Origin: an uncultured Coriobacteriales bacterium
GTDB lineage: Bacteria > Actinomycetota > Coriobacteriia > Anaerosomatales > CAVXGS01
Length of the DNA stretch: 64,000 nt
Direction of reading: 5' to 3'
Assembly (NCBI GenBank): GCA_963761535.1
Contig: CAVXGS010000002.1
Coordinates: 702,413 to 766,412, forward strand
Both the position numbers and the translations under genes were made by a program. Within the stretch, counting starts at the first letter, position 1. Each line of letters begins with the position of its first letter. The notes under the pieces are model-generated. The model was not told the origin of the DNA. It saw only the letters and a list, made by a program, of their open reading frames with translations, and did not search any database. Shown piece by piece: positions 51,831-62,241 of this stretch.

Positions 51831-52286
51831 CTAGTCCTCGTCGGCGAAGATGTCGTCGTACTCGTCGGCGTCCGCCGCCGCGTGCTCGTCGGCCTCGTCG
51901 CGGGCCTCGAGGACCGCGGGTGTTCCCGCCTGCTCGTCCGTCTCCGGGTATTCGTCTGCAGCGTCCGTGCCAGCGCCCCCGGCATCGATCGCGACACCCG
52001 TCGCGACATCGGTGGCACCCTCCGCGCGACTCGGCGAGTCGACGGCCTCCGCGCGCTCTCCGCCCTCAAACTCCTCGGCGGTCTCTTCCGCCCCGTCGGT
52101 CTCCGTCTGGTCGATGCTGGGACGCCACTCGGCGTGATCGACCAGCTCGGTGCACTGGTTGGCGAGCCGGACCCCTTCCTCGAGCAAGTCGAGGCTTTGC
52201 TCCAGCGACGTGTCCTTCTTGCGGACCTGGACCACGATCTCCTCGAGACGCGCGCGCGCCTGCGCGAATCCTTGCTCCTCGGCCAC
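51831..52286 (-). CDS. xseB: Exodeoxyribonuclease VII small subunit XseB with about 70-aa acidic C-terminal extension
   Basis: N-terminal 75 aa match XseB (FAQARARLEEIVVQV...LEQSLDLLEEGVRLANQC). The rest is D/E/A/T-rich. No xseA is adjacent. Confidence 0.7.
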   Translation of the reverse strand: MAEEQGFAQARARLEEIVVQVRKKDTSLEQSLDLLEEGVRLANQCTELVDHAEWRPSIDQTETDGAEETAEEFEGGERAEAVDSPSRAEGATDVATGVAIDAGGAGTDAADEYPETDEQAGTPAVLEARDEADEHAAADADEYDDIFADED

Positions 52287-52302
52287 CTTCGATGCCCCTT
52301 CT

Positions 52303-52719
52303 CTACGCCGAGGTCTGCTCGGCGATCTTGCCGAGCACCCCGTTCACGAACTTCGACGAATCGTCCCCGCCGAACACCTTGGCCAACTCGACTGCCTCGT
52401 TGATGGCCACGCTCGGCGGCACCTGCTGTGCGTCCCCGTGGAGGATCTCCCACGTGGCGACGCGAAGGATGTTGCGGTCGACCAGCGGCATCCGCGAAAC
52501 GACCCAGTTCTGCGACACCGACCCCAGCAGCTCGTCGATGCGCTCCTGGTGTTCGTCGACTCCCAGAACGATCTCGACCGCGTACTCGGTCGGTTCGCCT
52601 TCGGCCAGCGAGTAGGTGTGCTCGCCGAGGATCGCCGAGACGGGCTCCTCGGTGATCTCGCGCTGGTAGAGGATCTGAAGCGCCTGGCGACGAGCCAGGC
52701 TGCGGTCGCGGGACATCAC
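52303..52719 (-). CDS. nusB: Transcription antitermination factor NusB
   Basis: 138 aa matching the NusB family ([11 protein letters not shown]...). Confidence 0.85.
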   Translation of the reverse strand: MMSRDRSLARRQALQILYQREITEEPVSAILGEHTYSLAEGEPTEYAVEIVLGVDEHQERIDELLGSVSQNWVVSRMPLVDRNILRVATWEILHGDAQQVPPSVAINEAVELAKVFGGDDSSKFVNGVLGKIAEQTSA

Positions 52720-53066
52720 GATTCGGTGAACACGACCCCGTCGACGAAGACGTCGACCGCTGCGACGTCGACGCCCACCTGGCTCTTCATTGCTTCGGAG
52801 ATCGCGCGCTGCACCGCGGCACCAACGTCCCGCAAGTTCTGACCGTACTCGATCTGGACGTGGACCGTCACCGTGATCCCGCCGTCCTCGTCGCGGCAGA
52901 CGTCGACCGGGCGGGCTTGACCCTTGCGGCCCCGCTGCACGAACCCCGCGATGCCCGCGGCGCCGATCGCCGCCACACCAGGAACGCCCTGAGCGGCGAC
53001 CGTCACGATCGTGTCCAAAACACCCGGGGCGATGCCCAGGCCCTCGAAATGGATCTCTTCAGTCAC
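52716..53066 (-). CDS. Asp23/Gls24 family envelope stress protein
   Basis: 116 aa with the Asp23 pattern (GVAAIG...VTVHV.IEYGQNL.DV). Same position as yqhY in the Firmicutes accBC-yqhY-nusB arrangement. Confidence 0.75.
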   Translation of the reverse strand: MTEEIHFEGLGIAPGVLDTIVTVAAQGVPGVAAIGAAGIAGFVQRGRKGQARPVDVCRDEDGGITVTVHVQIEYGQNLRDVGAAVQRAISEAMKSQVGVDVAAVDVFVDGVVFTES

Positions 53067-53088
53067 GAGCCGTCACCTCACGTCGACG

Positions 53089-54453
53089 TCACGCGTCGGG
53101 GTCGCCGGTCATGTGTTGTTCGATGAAGTCAGTATAGATATCGCCCGACTGGAACGCGGGCAGTTCCACCACGGCCTGGTGGAATGGGATCGTGGTGGGG
53201 ATTCCTACGACGATGAACTCGTCGAGGGCCCGGCGGGCGCGGGCGACCGCTTCGTCGCGGGTCTCGCCCCACACCACGAGCTTCGCGAGCAGCGAGTCGT
53301 ACGTAGGCGGCACCCGATACCCCGAGAAGCAGTGGCTGTCCACGCGGACTCCGAAGCCGCCGGGCGCGTTGAACACCTCGATCAGGCCGGGATGCGGGCG
53401 GAACCCGTGCGCGGGGTCCTCGGCGTTGATTCGGAACTCGATCGCGTGCCCGTTGAGATGGATCTCTTCTTGGGTCTTGTGCTTCATGGGCTCGCCGGCG
53501 GCGATCCGGATCTGCTCCTTGATCACGTCGACGCCCGTGATCTGCTCGGTCACGGGATGCTCGACCTGGACGCGGGTGTTCATCTCCATGAAGTAGAACG
53601 ACCCGTCCTCGGCGAGCAGGAACTCGACGGTGCCTGCGTTCACGTAGTCGACCGCGCGGACCGCCTTGAGCGCGGCCTCGCCCATACGAGCGCGGAGCTC
53701 GGGGTTCAGCGCAGGGCTCGGAGCCTCCTCGACGAGCTTCTGGTGCCGCCGCTGGATCGAGCAGTCGCGCTCGAACAGGTACACGGCGTTGCCGTGGGTG
53801 TCGGCGAGCACCTGGATCTCGACGTGGCGCGGGCGTGCGAGGTACTTCTCGATGTAGACCGTGTCGTTACCGAACGCCGCGGCCGCCTCGGTCTTCGCGG
53901 CCTGCAGGTTGTTCTTGAGCGACGCCGGGTCCTCGGCGACCCGCATGCCCTTGCCGCCACCGCCGGCCGACGCCTTGATCAGCACGGGGAAGCCGACCTG
54001 CTCGGCGAAGCGGAGTGCCTCCTCGTAGCTCTCGACAGAACCGTCGGAACCGGGGACCGTGGGTACGCCTGCGGCGGCCATGGTCTCGCGGGCGACCGAC
54101 TTGTCGCCCATGCGCTCGATCGCGTCCGGCGAGGGTCCGATGAACGTGAGACCGGAGTCGGCGCAGGCGCGCGCGAACGCGGCGTTCTCGGCGAGGAACC
54201 CGTATCCGGGATGGATCGCCTGCGCGCCCGACATGAGCGCGGAGGAGATGATATTCGGCATGCTGAGATAGGACTGGGCGGCGGGTGCGGGCCCGATGCA
54301 CACGGCCTTGTCGGCCATGGCCACCGGCAGGGAGTCCTTGTCCGCCTCCGAGTAGACGGCAACCGTCTCGATACCCATCTCCCGGCATGCGCGAATGACC
54401 CGGAGCGCGACCTCGCCCCGGTTCGCAACGAGGATACAGTCGAACATCGCCAC
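53089..54453 (-). CDS. accC: Biotin carboxylase (AccC/PycA-type, ATP-grasp)
   Basis: 454 aa intact with [12 protein letters not shown] start, ATP-grasp and BC C-domain motifs. Confidence 0.9.
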   Translation of the reverse strand: MAMFDCILVANRGEVALRVIRACREMGIETVAVYSEADKDSLPVAMADKAVCIGPAPAAQSYLSMPNIISSALMSGAQAIHPGYGFLAENAAFARACADSGLTFIGPSPDAIERMGDKSVARETMAAAGVPTVPGSDGSVESYEEALRFAEQVGFPVLIKASAGGGGKGMRVAEDPASLKNNLQAAKTEAAAAFGNDTVYIEKYLARPRHVEIQVLADTHGNAVYLFERDCSIQRRHQKLVEEAPSPALNPELRARMGEAALKAVRAVDYVNAGTVEFLLAEDGSFYFMEMNTRVQVEHPVTEQITGVDVIKEQIRIAAGEPMKHKTQEEIHLNGHAIEFRINAEDPAHGFRPHPGLIEVFNAPGGFGVRVDSHCFSGYRVPPTYDSLLAKLVVWGETRDEAVARARRALDEFIVVGIPTTIPFHQAVVELPAFQSGDIYTDFIEQHMTGDPDA

Positions 54454-54455
54454 CC

Positions 54456-56313
54456 CTAGACGGGCTCGTAGTAGAACAGGACAGTCCCGTACTCGACTGC
54501 CGAGGCGTTGTCCACGCAGACCTCGCGGATGACTCCCGGCTCCTCGGCGGCGATCTCGTTCATGAGCTTCATCGCCTCCAGGATGCAGAGCGTCTGGCCT
54601 TCATCGACCGAGTCGCCCACGGTCACGAACGCCGGATTACCCGGGGCCGCGGACTCGTAGAACGTCCCGACCATCGGCGCCGAGACCGACTTCCACGTTG
54701 CCGGGCGCTCGCCTGCGGCAGCCGCGGCCTCGGGGCCGCCGCCGCAGACGCGGCGGGGGCAGCGGCAGGCGCGGGAGCCGGTGCGGCCGCGGTGGCCACC
54801 GCTGGAGCGGCGCCCTTGCGAACCACCACGCGCAGGTCACCCTCCTCGATCACGACCTCCCCAACATCCGAGGCCTCGACGAGCTTGATGAGCTCACGAA
54901 TCTCGCTGATATTCACCGCGTCATCCTCCCTGACGGTGTCGATCTCTTCGCCGAGCATGAAGACGGCCTTCTCGGCGCCCTCCTGATGCTTCTCGAGGTA
55001 GATCCGGGCCTCGTTCGGGAAGAGGGCGTACATCAGCACGTCCTCCTCGCTGCGCGCAAGATCGCCGATGTCGGCCGCGACCTCGTCGTACGTGGTGGTC
55101 ACGAGCGAACCCGGCCGCACCTCCGCCGACAGCGGCTGCTCTCCGCCCAGGACCTTCTCGATGATCTGGCGGTCCATCGGGCCGGGCGCCTTGCCGTAGA
55201 GTCCCCGGATGTAGTCCTTCATCTCCTGTGGGACAACGGCCCAGCGCTTGCCGGTGAGCACGTTCATGACCGCCTGCGTGCCGACGATCTGCGAGAGCGG
55301 CGTCACGAGCGGCGGGTAACCGACCTCGGCGCGCACCTTGGGGATCTCGGCGAGCACGTCGGGCAGCCGGTCGATCGCCTTCTGGATCTCGAGCTGGCTG
55401 ACCAGATTGCTCATCATGCCGCCGGGAACCTGGTGGCTGAAGACCTCCATCGACAGCAGCGTCGTGATGCCGCGCTTCAGGCCCTTACGCTCGCGGACCG
55501 CCTCCCAGTACTCGGCGATCTCGAACAACAGGTCGAGGTCGATGCCCGTGTCGAAGGGGCTCTCCTTGAGCGCCGCGACGATCATCTCGCCGGCGGGCTG
55601 ACTGTTGCCGAAGGCGAGCGCGACCACGGCCGTATCGACGATGTCGGCACCCGCTTCAGCGGCTTTCAGATAGTTCATCGGTGCCATGCCGCCGATGTAG
55701 TGGCAGTGGACGTGGACCGGAAGGCCGACCTCTTCCTTGAGCGCGCGGACCATGCGCTCGGTCCTGAACGGGGTGAGCATCCCGGCCATGTCCTTGATGC
55801 AGATGGTGTCGGCGCCGATCTCCTTCAGCTGCACCGCGTAGTCGACGAACGAGTCGAGTGTGTGCACCGGACTCACGGTGTAGGAGATGGCCCCCTCGAA
55901 ATGCCCCCCGCACTCCTTGATCGCACGTGCGGCGACTTCGACGTTGCGGATGTCGTTCAGCGCGTCGAACACCCGGAAGATATCGATGCCGTTGCGCTTC
56001 GACGCTCCCACGAAGCGGTGGACGATCTCATCCGAGTAGTGATGGTAGCCGACGAGGTTCTGTCCACGCAGCAGCATCTGGAGCGGCGTGTTCTTGACGT
56101 GCTTCTTGATCGTGCGGAGGCGCTCCCAGGGGTTCTCGTCGAGGAAGCGCAGGGCCGCGTCGAACGTCGCGCCTCCCCACACCTCGAGCGACCAGTAGCC
56201 CACCGAATCCATCTTCGGGAGGATGGGAAGCATGTCGCCGATCTCCATGCGTGTCGCCCACAGCGACTGGTGCGCATCGCGCAGCGTGGTATCGGTGATG
56301 CGAACGGGTTTCA
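54456..56313 (-). CDS. Carboxyltransferase 5S-subunit plus biotinyl-domain fusion (OadA/PycB-type; frame interrupted in the Ala/Pro linker near 54700-54780)
   Basis: ATG at 56313 (RBS aaggagcg) with canonical start [17 protein letters not shown] and the HxH metal site. Ala/Pro linker, then biotinyl domain PMVGTFY...EAMKLMNEI in ORF 54456..54674. The 805-aa ORF 54623..57040 wrongly fuses this gene to efp. Confidence 0.75.
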
Positions 56314-56384
56314 TCGCACGCTCCTTGCGGATGTGACCTGCCGTAAGGGCGAACGGAGCGGGCCCGTGACTCGCCCGTTCTGTC

Positions 56385-56420
56385 GCGACCGCCCTCAGGT
56401 AGAAAGCACATTGTATATGA
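56385..56420 (-). promoter_or_regulatory. Candidate promoter (-10 TACAAT) for the carboxylase operon, followed by about 100-nt GC-rich leader
   Basis: The only AT-rich patch (tttcatatacaatgtgctttctacc, minus-strand sense) in the 165-nt efp-carboxyltransferase spacer. Leader contains gaacgg/ccgttc and gcgggc pairings. Confidence 0.3.
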
Positions 56421-56478
56421 AAGCGAGCGCTCGCTGGGACGCGAACGCTCGCCCGTGAATCGCTGCTACGACGCGGCG

Positions 56479-57040
56479 TCAGACCCGCGTGACGTACCGC
56501 CCGTCGCGGGTGTCGATCTTGAGCTTGTCGCCGGACTCGACGAACATCGGGACCTGCACCACGGCGCCCGTCTCGAGCGTCGCGGCCTTGGTGCCGCCCT
56601 GGACCGTGTCGCCCTTGAAGCCGGGCTCGGTTTCGGTGACCTCGAGCTCGACGAACATCGGCGGCTCGACGCCGATGTACTCCCCGTCGGCGGTCAGGAT
56701 CTCGACCTCCTCGTTCTCCTTCAGCCACTTCGCGGTGTCGCCGATGAACTCGGCACCCAGCTCGACCTGCTCGTAGGTGGCGGCGTCCATGAAGTGGAAG
56801 GCCGTCACCGTCGTTGTAGAGGTACTGCATGCGCTTGGTCTCCATGCGCACGTCGTCGACTTTCGCGCCGGCGTTGAACGTGATGTCCACGACCTTGCCG
56901 GTCTTGAGCTCCTTGAGCTTCGTGCGCACGAACGCGCCGCCCTTGCCGGGCTTCACGTGCTGGAACTCGACGATGATCCAGCGCTTGCCGTCGTACTCGA
57001 TGCACATGCCGTTCTTGAACTGGTTCGTGCTGACTGCCAC
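56479..57040 (-). CDS. efp: Elongation factor P (frame interrupted near 56800)
   Basis: N-terminus [43 protein letters not shown]...YLYNDGD and C-terminus [12 protein letters not shown]...[33 protein letters not shown] in ORF 56479..56808. An extra G in ggtgacGgcc restores DGDAFHFMD. Confidence 0.85.
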
Positions 57041-57090
57041 CGCGAATCTCCTTCGTGTCTCGGGATCCGGCGGTCGCCTCCTGGGCGCCG

Positions 57091-58185
57091 CTAGACCTCG
57101 ATAAGGTCCTTCGTCGAGGTGGTCAGGACGCGACAGCCGGTCGCTTCGACCACCACCAAGTCCTCGATTCTAACACCGCCGAAACCGGGCACGTAGACGC
57201 CTGGTTCGATGGTCACCACTTCTGCGACCTGCAGCTTCTCGTTCCCCCGCGCCGAGAGGGTCGGCAGCTCGTGGACCTCGCGCCCGACACCGTGACCCAG
57301 CCCGTGCGTGAACGCGTCGCCCAGACCGGCCGCGATCAGCACCTCGCGAGCGGCGGCATCCACCTCGGCGCCAGTCGCCTCCGGAGAAACGGTCTCGATA
57401 CCCGCCTCGTTCGCTGCGCGCACGGCCTCGTACACCTCACGCTGGCGGTCGCTGGCTCGGCCCACCACCACAGTGCGAGTCATGTCGGCACAGTAGCCGT
57501 CCACCTTCGCGCCGAAGTCGAGCACGACCAGATCGCCCGGTGCGATGACCCGGTCGCCGGGAACGGCATGGGGCTTCGAGGAGTTCGGTCCGCTCGCGAC
57601 GATCGGGTCGAACGCGAGCCCTTCACTGCCCTGCCGGCGCAGGAACACCTCGAGGTCGAGGGCGACCTGCGCCTCGGTGAACCCTGCGCCCAGGATCCCG
57701 AACAGGTACTCGAACCCGGCATCGGTGAGCGCCTGTGCGCTGGCGATCGCCTCGAGCTCCCCCGGATCCTTGACGCGCCGGACCTGCTCGACCCAGCCGT
57801 CCGTGGCCTCGATGCGCTGGGGTAGCTGCTCCTCGAGACGCCTGAACGTGCCTACGGTCAGCGTGCTCTCGACCGCCACTCGCCCGTCGGTCGCCGCGGT
57901 CTCGGCAACATGGGCACTCACGGTCTTCCACAGGCTCTCGGGAGCGAGGACGACCTGCCAGTCCGAGCCCTGCGCAGCGGCCCGGACGACCTCGACGTAC
58001 CGACTGTCGGTGAAGAGCGTGGCCTGCTCGGCGGTCACGAGCGCGACGGAGGCCGGCTCGGCGTCGAAGACGCCCTCGAAGCCGGTCAGGTACGCGACGT
58101 TCGCCGGCAGGTTCGCCGCGAAGGCCGCAAGGCCCGACTCGGCGAGACGATCTCGGACGGCATCGATGCGGCGTGTGACGCTCAC
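57091..58185 (-). CDS. pepP: Xaa-Pro aminopeptidase (M24B family, PepP/PepQ-like)
   Basis: 364 aa with M24 pita-bread metal ligands ([12 protein letters not shown]); conserved position upstream of efp. Confidence 0.8.
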   Translation of the reverse strand: MSVTRRIDAVRDRLAESGLAAFAANLPANVAYLTGFEGVFDAEPASVALVTAEQATLFTDSRYVEVVRAAAQGSDWQVVLAPESLWKTVSAHVAETAATDGRVAVESTLTVGTFRRLEEQLPQRIEATDGWVEQVRRVKDPGELEAIASAQALTDAGFEYLFGILGAGFTEAQVALDLEVFLRRQGSEGLAFDPIVASGPNSSKPHAVPGDRVIAPGDLVVLDFGAKVDGYCADMTRTVVVGRASDRQREVYEAVRAANEAGIETVSPEATGAEVDAAAREVLIAAGLGDAFTHGLGHGVGREVHELPTLSARGNEKLQVAEVVTIEPGVYVPGFGGVRIEDLVVVEATGCRVLTTSTKDLIEV

Positions 58186-58646
58186 CGCACCTCCTCGTCT
58201 GCCTGCGCGGACGCCGAGACGGACGCGACAGCGGCACGGAAGCCCAGCAGGTAGGAGTCGGCCCCGAAACCCGCCACCTGCCCGACGCAGTACGGCGCGA
58301 TCACGCTCGTGCGACGGAACTGCTCGCGACCGTGGATGTTGGAGAGATGGACCTCGACCACCGGAAGCTCGACGGCTGAGACGACGTCGGCGAGCGCATA
58401 GCTGTAGTGGGTGAACGCTGCCGGGTTGAACACCACGGCGTCGTAGTCACCCCGCGCCCGCTGCAAGATCTCGACGAGCTCGCCCTCGTGGTTCGACTGT
58501 GCGAAGCCGGCCTCGACCCCCAGCTCGCCGGCAAGCTCGGCGACCGCCGCCTCGATCGCCGGAAGCGTCGCGGTGCCGTACACCTCCGGCTGCCTCGTCC
58601 CCAGCAGATTCAGGTTCGGGCCCGATACCACCAGCACGCGGATCAT
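58182..58646 (-). CDS. aroQ: Type II 3-dehydroquinate dehydratase
   Basis: Start MIRVLVVSGPNLNLLGTRQPEVYG; HLSNIHGRE active-site motif. Confidence 0.85.
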   Translation of the reverse strand: MIRVLVVSGPNLNLLGTRQPEVYGTATLPAIEAAVAELAGELGVEAGFAQSNHEGELVEILQRARGDYDAVVFNPAAFTHYSYALADVVSAVELPVVEVHLSNIHGREQFRRTSVIAPYCVGQVAGFGADSYLLGFRAAVASVSASAQADEEVR

Positions 58647-58686
58647 CTGCGACTCCCTCAACGGACCGTCAGGCTTCGACCCTATC

Positions 58687-59778
58687 CTACTCGCCGAGGA
58701 ACTCCGCGAGCGCGTCTCGGATCACGACGTCGCCGACGGGAGTGCACGACCACACTCCGGGACGCCGCACGAGCACGAAGCGGACCTCGCCACCGCGCGC
58801 TTTCTTGTCCGAGTGCATCGCGGCGAGCAGTTGCTCGGGATCGAGATCGAGGCGATGGTGCGGCAGGCCGAGGGTGTCGAGCAGAGCGCCGAGCCTCGGC
58901 GCGAAGGTCGCCTCGGCATCGAGCATCTTGCTGGCGAGCAGCGCGGCGAACCGCATCCCCTCAGCCACCGCCTCGCCGTGGGTGAACTCGCCGTAGCCGA
59001 GTACCTTCTCGATCGCGTGTCCGAGGGTGTGCCCGTAGTTCAGGCACTCCCGGCGACCCGACTCGCGCTCGTCTCCCGCGACCACACGGGCCTTGAACTC
59101 GATCGACCGACGCACCGCCTCGAACACAAGGCTCTCGTCGCGGCCTGCGAGCGCCTCGGCGTTCGCCTCCAGCCAGTCGAACAACTCGACGCCATCGATG
59201 GCGCCCGCCTTGACGATCTCCGCGAAGCCGCTGGCCCACTCTTCGTCCGGCAGCGTCTCGAGGAAGGCCGTGTCGACCACGACCAGACGCGGCTGCTTGA
59301 AGGCGCCCGCGAGGTTCTTGCCCGCCGCGAGGTCGACCCCGGTCTTGCCGCCCACCGACGCATCGACCTGCGCGAGCAGCGTCGTCGGGATGTTGACGAA
59401 GTCGACGCCGCGCAGGTACGTCGCCGCGACGAATCCCCCGAGGTCGGAGACGACGCCCCCGCCCAGCGTGACCACCGCGTCACGCCGGTCGAGACCCGCC
59501 GAGGCGATCGCCTCGAGCAGCGCGCCGGCCACGGCCCAGGCCTTCGCCTGCTCGCCGGCCACCACGGTGAACCCCTCGACCTCGAAACCGGCGCGCAGCA
59601 GCTCGGCCTGAACGTCCACGCCGTGGGCCTCACCGACGTTGGCATCGGTGATCAGTACGACCTTGTGGGCGGCAAGCGCCGTGCGCACTCGCGCGCCGAG
59701 CTCGCGCATGATTCCGGTGCCGAGGACGACGTCGTAGGCGGCACCAGGCACTTCGACGGGGATGACGACTGGGTTCAC
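58687..59778 (-). CDS. aroB: 3-dehydroquinate synthase
   Basis: 363 aa with NAD/metal motifs (GGGVVSDLGGFVAATYLRG, HTLGHAIE). Confidence 0.85.
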   Translation of the reverse strand: MNPVVIPVEVPGAAYDVVLGTGIMRELGARVRTALAAHKVVLITDANVGEAHGVDVQAELLRAGFEVEGFTVVAGEQAKAWAVAGALLEAIASAGLDRRDAVVTLGGGVVSDLGGFVAATYLRGVDFVNIPTTLLAQVDASVGGKTGVDLAAGKNLAGAFKQPRLVVVDTAFLETLPDEEWASGFAEIVKAGAIDGVELFDWLEANAEALAGRDESLVFEAVRRSIEFKARVVAGDERESGRRECLNYGHTLGHAIEKVLGYGEFTHGEAVAEGMRFAALLASKMLDAEATFAPRLGALLDTLGLPHHRLDLDPEQLLAAMHSDKKARGGEVRFVLVRRPGVWSCTPVGDVVIRDALAEFLGE

Positions 59779-60341
59779 TCGGAGCTCCTTCGATGGCGGT
59801 TGTCGGCTACGTCCTCGAGATCGCCGCGCTCGCGCAAGGCACGCTCGACCTGCAGCTCGACGTCATCGGGAGAGAGGCCGTCGGTGTTGAAACTGACGGT
59901 AGCGACCTCGGCGTAGAGCACCTCGCGCCCCGCGAGCAGCGCCTCGATCTGCTCGGGGGTTCGACCAGCGAGCAGCGGGCGCTCGCGGCCAAGGCCGCAC
60001 CGCTGCATCGCCTGTTCGGCGGAAACCCCGAGGTAGACGACCACGCCGAGCGTACGAAGCAGCGCGCGGTTCGACTCCCGCAACACGACGCCGCCGCCAC
60101 ACGCGACCACCGCCGGCGGCTCGGCTTCGAGCGCGGCAAGGGCGGCAGCCTCACGGTCTCGGAAGCCGTCCTCCCCCTCGCCGGCGAAGATCTGCGCGAC
60201 CGGCGCACCGGCGCTGCGCTCGACGCGCTCGTCAAGATCGACGAACGGGGCACCGAGCCGCTCGGCGAGCAGCCTGCCCACCGAGGTCTTGCCCGAGCCC
60301 ATGAAGCCGACGAGCAACACGTGGCTGCGGAGCGAGGTCAC
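59775..60341 (-). CDS. aroK: Shikimate kinase
   Basis: GTG at 60341 overlaps the aroC stop (GTGA). Walker A GFMGSGKTSVG. The upstream 47 codons of ORF ..60482 are Arg-rich read-through. Confidence 0.8.
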   Translation of the reverse strand: MTSLRSHVLLVGFMGSGKTSVGRLLAERLGAPFVDLDERVERSAGAPVAQIFAGEGEDGFRDREAAALAALEAEPPAVVACGGGVVLRESNRALLRTLGVVVYLGVSAEQAMQRCGLGRERPLLAGRTPEQIEALLAGREVLYAEVATVSFNTDGLSPDDVELQVERALRERGDLEDVADNRHRRSSE

Positions 60342-61489
60342 CGAGCGATCCGCTGCCGGTACATGTCGAGTGAGGCCTTGATGTCCTCGAGCGAGTCCCC
60401 ACCGAACTTCTCGACGTACGCGTTCGCCAGTACGAAGGCGACCTCGGCCTCGCCGACGATCGCCGCCGCGGGTACGGCGCACACATCCGAGCGCTCCTTG
60501 CTGGCGTCCACCGTCTCGAGCGTGTCGATGTCGACGCTCGCGAGGGGCTTCATGAGCGTCGGAATAGGCTTCATCGCCGCGCGCACCACGAGCGGCTCGC
60601 CATTGGTCATGCCGCCTTCGAGCCCTCCCGCGTGGTTCGTGGGCCGGTAGAACCCGAGCGGCCCGTCGAAGCGGATCTCGTCGTGCACCTTCGAGCCGGG
60701 CTGCCGGGCACCAGCGAACCCGTCTCCGATCTCGACGCCCTTGATCGCCGGGATCGAGACCAGCGCGGCTGCCAGACGCGCGTCCAGCCGACGCTCCGCC
60801 TCGGCGTACGAACCCAGACCCGGAACGAGGTTTCGGGCCGTGACGCAGAAGATGCCGCCCAGCGATTCGCCGGCAGCGCGCGCGGTGTCGATCGCCGACT
60901 TCATCACCTCAGTCGTGGCGGCGTCGGGGCATCGAACGGCGCTCGCTTCGACCACCGAAGCGTCGATCGACGCCGGGTCGAGCGGTGGCGGCATCTCGAC
61001 ATCGCCGATCGCAAGCACGAACGAAGAGATCTCGACGCCGACGGCGCTCAGCAGTGCCTTCGCGATACCCCCCGCAGCGACGCGCGCCGCTGTCTCGCGG
61101 GCACTCGCGCGCTCCAGGATGTCTCGGACGTCGTCCGAGCCGATCTTGAGCACGCCGGGGAGGTCGGCGTGGCCGGGCCGAGGCGCAGTCACGCGCACGT
61201 TCTCGGGGCGCTCTCCCGCGATCGACATCACGTCGGTCCAGTTGTCCCAGTCCCGGTTCGATACCGAGATCGCCACCGGGCTACCGATCGTGGCGCCGAA
61301 ACGGAGGCCGGAGGTGATGAGCGCCTTATCCTGCTCGATCCGCTGGCGTCCCCCGCGTCCGTATCCGCCCTGTCGGCGCGCGAGATCGGCGTCGATGGCC
61401 GCAGCGTCGACGGGAATGCCGGCTGGAACGCCGGTCACGATCGCGGTGAGCACACGGCCGTGGGACTCACCTGCGGTGGTGTAGCGCAT
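60338..61489 (-). CDS. aroC: Chorismate synthase
   Basis: 383 aa intact matching the chorismate synthase family throughout (start MRYTTAGESHG). Confidence 0.9.
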   Translation of the reverse strand: MRYTTAGESHGRVLTAIVTGVPAGIPVDAAAIDADLARRQGGYGRGGRQRIEQDKALITSGLRFGATIGSPVAISVSNRDWDNWTDVMSIAGERPENVRVTAPRPGHADLPGVLKIGSDDVRDILERASARETAARVAAGGIAKALLSAVGVEISSFVLAIGDVEMPPPLDPASIDASVVEASAVRCPDAATTEVMKSAIDTARAAGESLGGIFCVTARNLVPGLGSYAEAERRLDARLAAALVSIPAIKGVEIGDGFAGARQPGSKVHDEIRFDGPLGFYRPTNHAGGLEGGMTNGEPLVVRAAMKPIPTLMKPLASVDIDTLETVDASKERSDVCAVPAAAIVGEAEVAFVLANAYVEKFGGDSLEDIKASLDMYRQRIAR

Positions 61490-61591
61490 CAGCGCCTCCG
61501 AGAAGACCGTGCGGGCTGGAAGTGGGGAGATTCTAGCACTCCCCTCCCGCCGGGCCTCGGAGGCGCCGGAAGTTCGCGATGAAGCTGAGAG

Positions 61592-62230
61592 CTACTTCGA
61601 GATGCCTACGCCAACGCTCAACGTGATGCTCTGGTCGCCGTAGAGCATGACGACCGTCGACTCACGAATCTCGAGCACCTGCCACGGGGTGTCGGGAATG
61701 CTCTCACCCTCGGCAAGCGTGTAGGTCTCGCCGTTCCACGCCAGCACGGCCACGGGCTCGCCGTCCTCGGTGGCGATATCCTGGAGCACGAGCGTGTTGT
61801 CCGCGCTCGACTGAGCGGCGGTGTTCGTGGTCGACGACGTGGTACCGCCTGTCGACGAGTTCGCCGTCGTTCCATCGGTGGTCGTCGGGTTGGTCGTCAG
61901 GACCACCGTCGGCACGAAGACATCCCGGTAGGTGAAGACGTCGTCGAACTCCACGTCCTCGGGGACCTTGATGTCGACCGCCTCGGTCGGCGCCTGCGTC
62001 GACGTGCCGCCCCCGGATGGCGCCGTCGTGGTCACTGCCACGTCGCTTCCGTCGTCGGTGGCACCGAAGAAACCTAGTCCGATGATGCCGAGGATCCCGA
62101 CGATCAGGACGACGGCCGCACCACCGACGATGAGCTTGCCGGCGCGGGAGTTCAGGAACCCTCGAATACCCGGCTTGGCGGCAGGCGCCTGCGGAGCGGT
62201 GGGGTCGAAGGGTGTGAGGTTATCGGCCAT
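61592..62230 (-). CDS. PilP-like pilus assembly protein (N-terminal TM, Thr/Ser-rich linker, C-terminal beta domain)
   Basis: Fourth gene after pilM-N-O. Architecture and C-terminal region (VAVLAWNGETYTLAEGESI...VVMLYGDQSITL) resemble the PilP core; assignment is by context. Confidence 0.35.
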   Translation of the reverse strand: MADNLTPFDPTAPQAPAAKPGIRGFLNSRAGKLIVGGAAVVLIVGILGIIGLGFFGATDDGSDVAVTTTAPSGGGTSTQAPTEAVDIKVPEDVEFDDVFTYRDVFVPTVVLTTNPTTTDGTTANSSTGGTTSSTTNTAAQSSADNTLVLQDIATEDGEPVAVLAWNGETYTLAEGESIPDTPWQVLEIRESTVVMLYGDQSITLSVGVGISK

Positions 62231-62241
62231 GGTGTCTCACC

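Noticed and set aside
54623-57040. 805-aa ORF starting with the EF-P N-terminus and ending in an Ala/Pro tail
   Set aside because: It is a chimera of efp (frameshifted at about 56800), 165 nt of intergenic sequence read through, and the carboxyltransferase gene.
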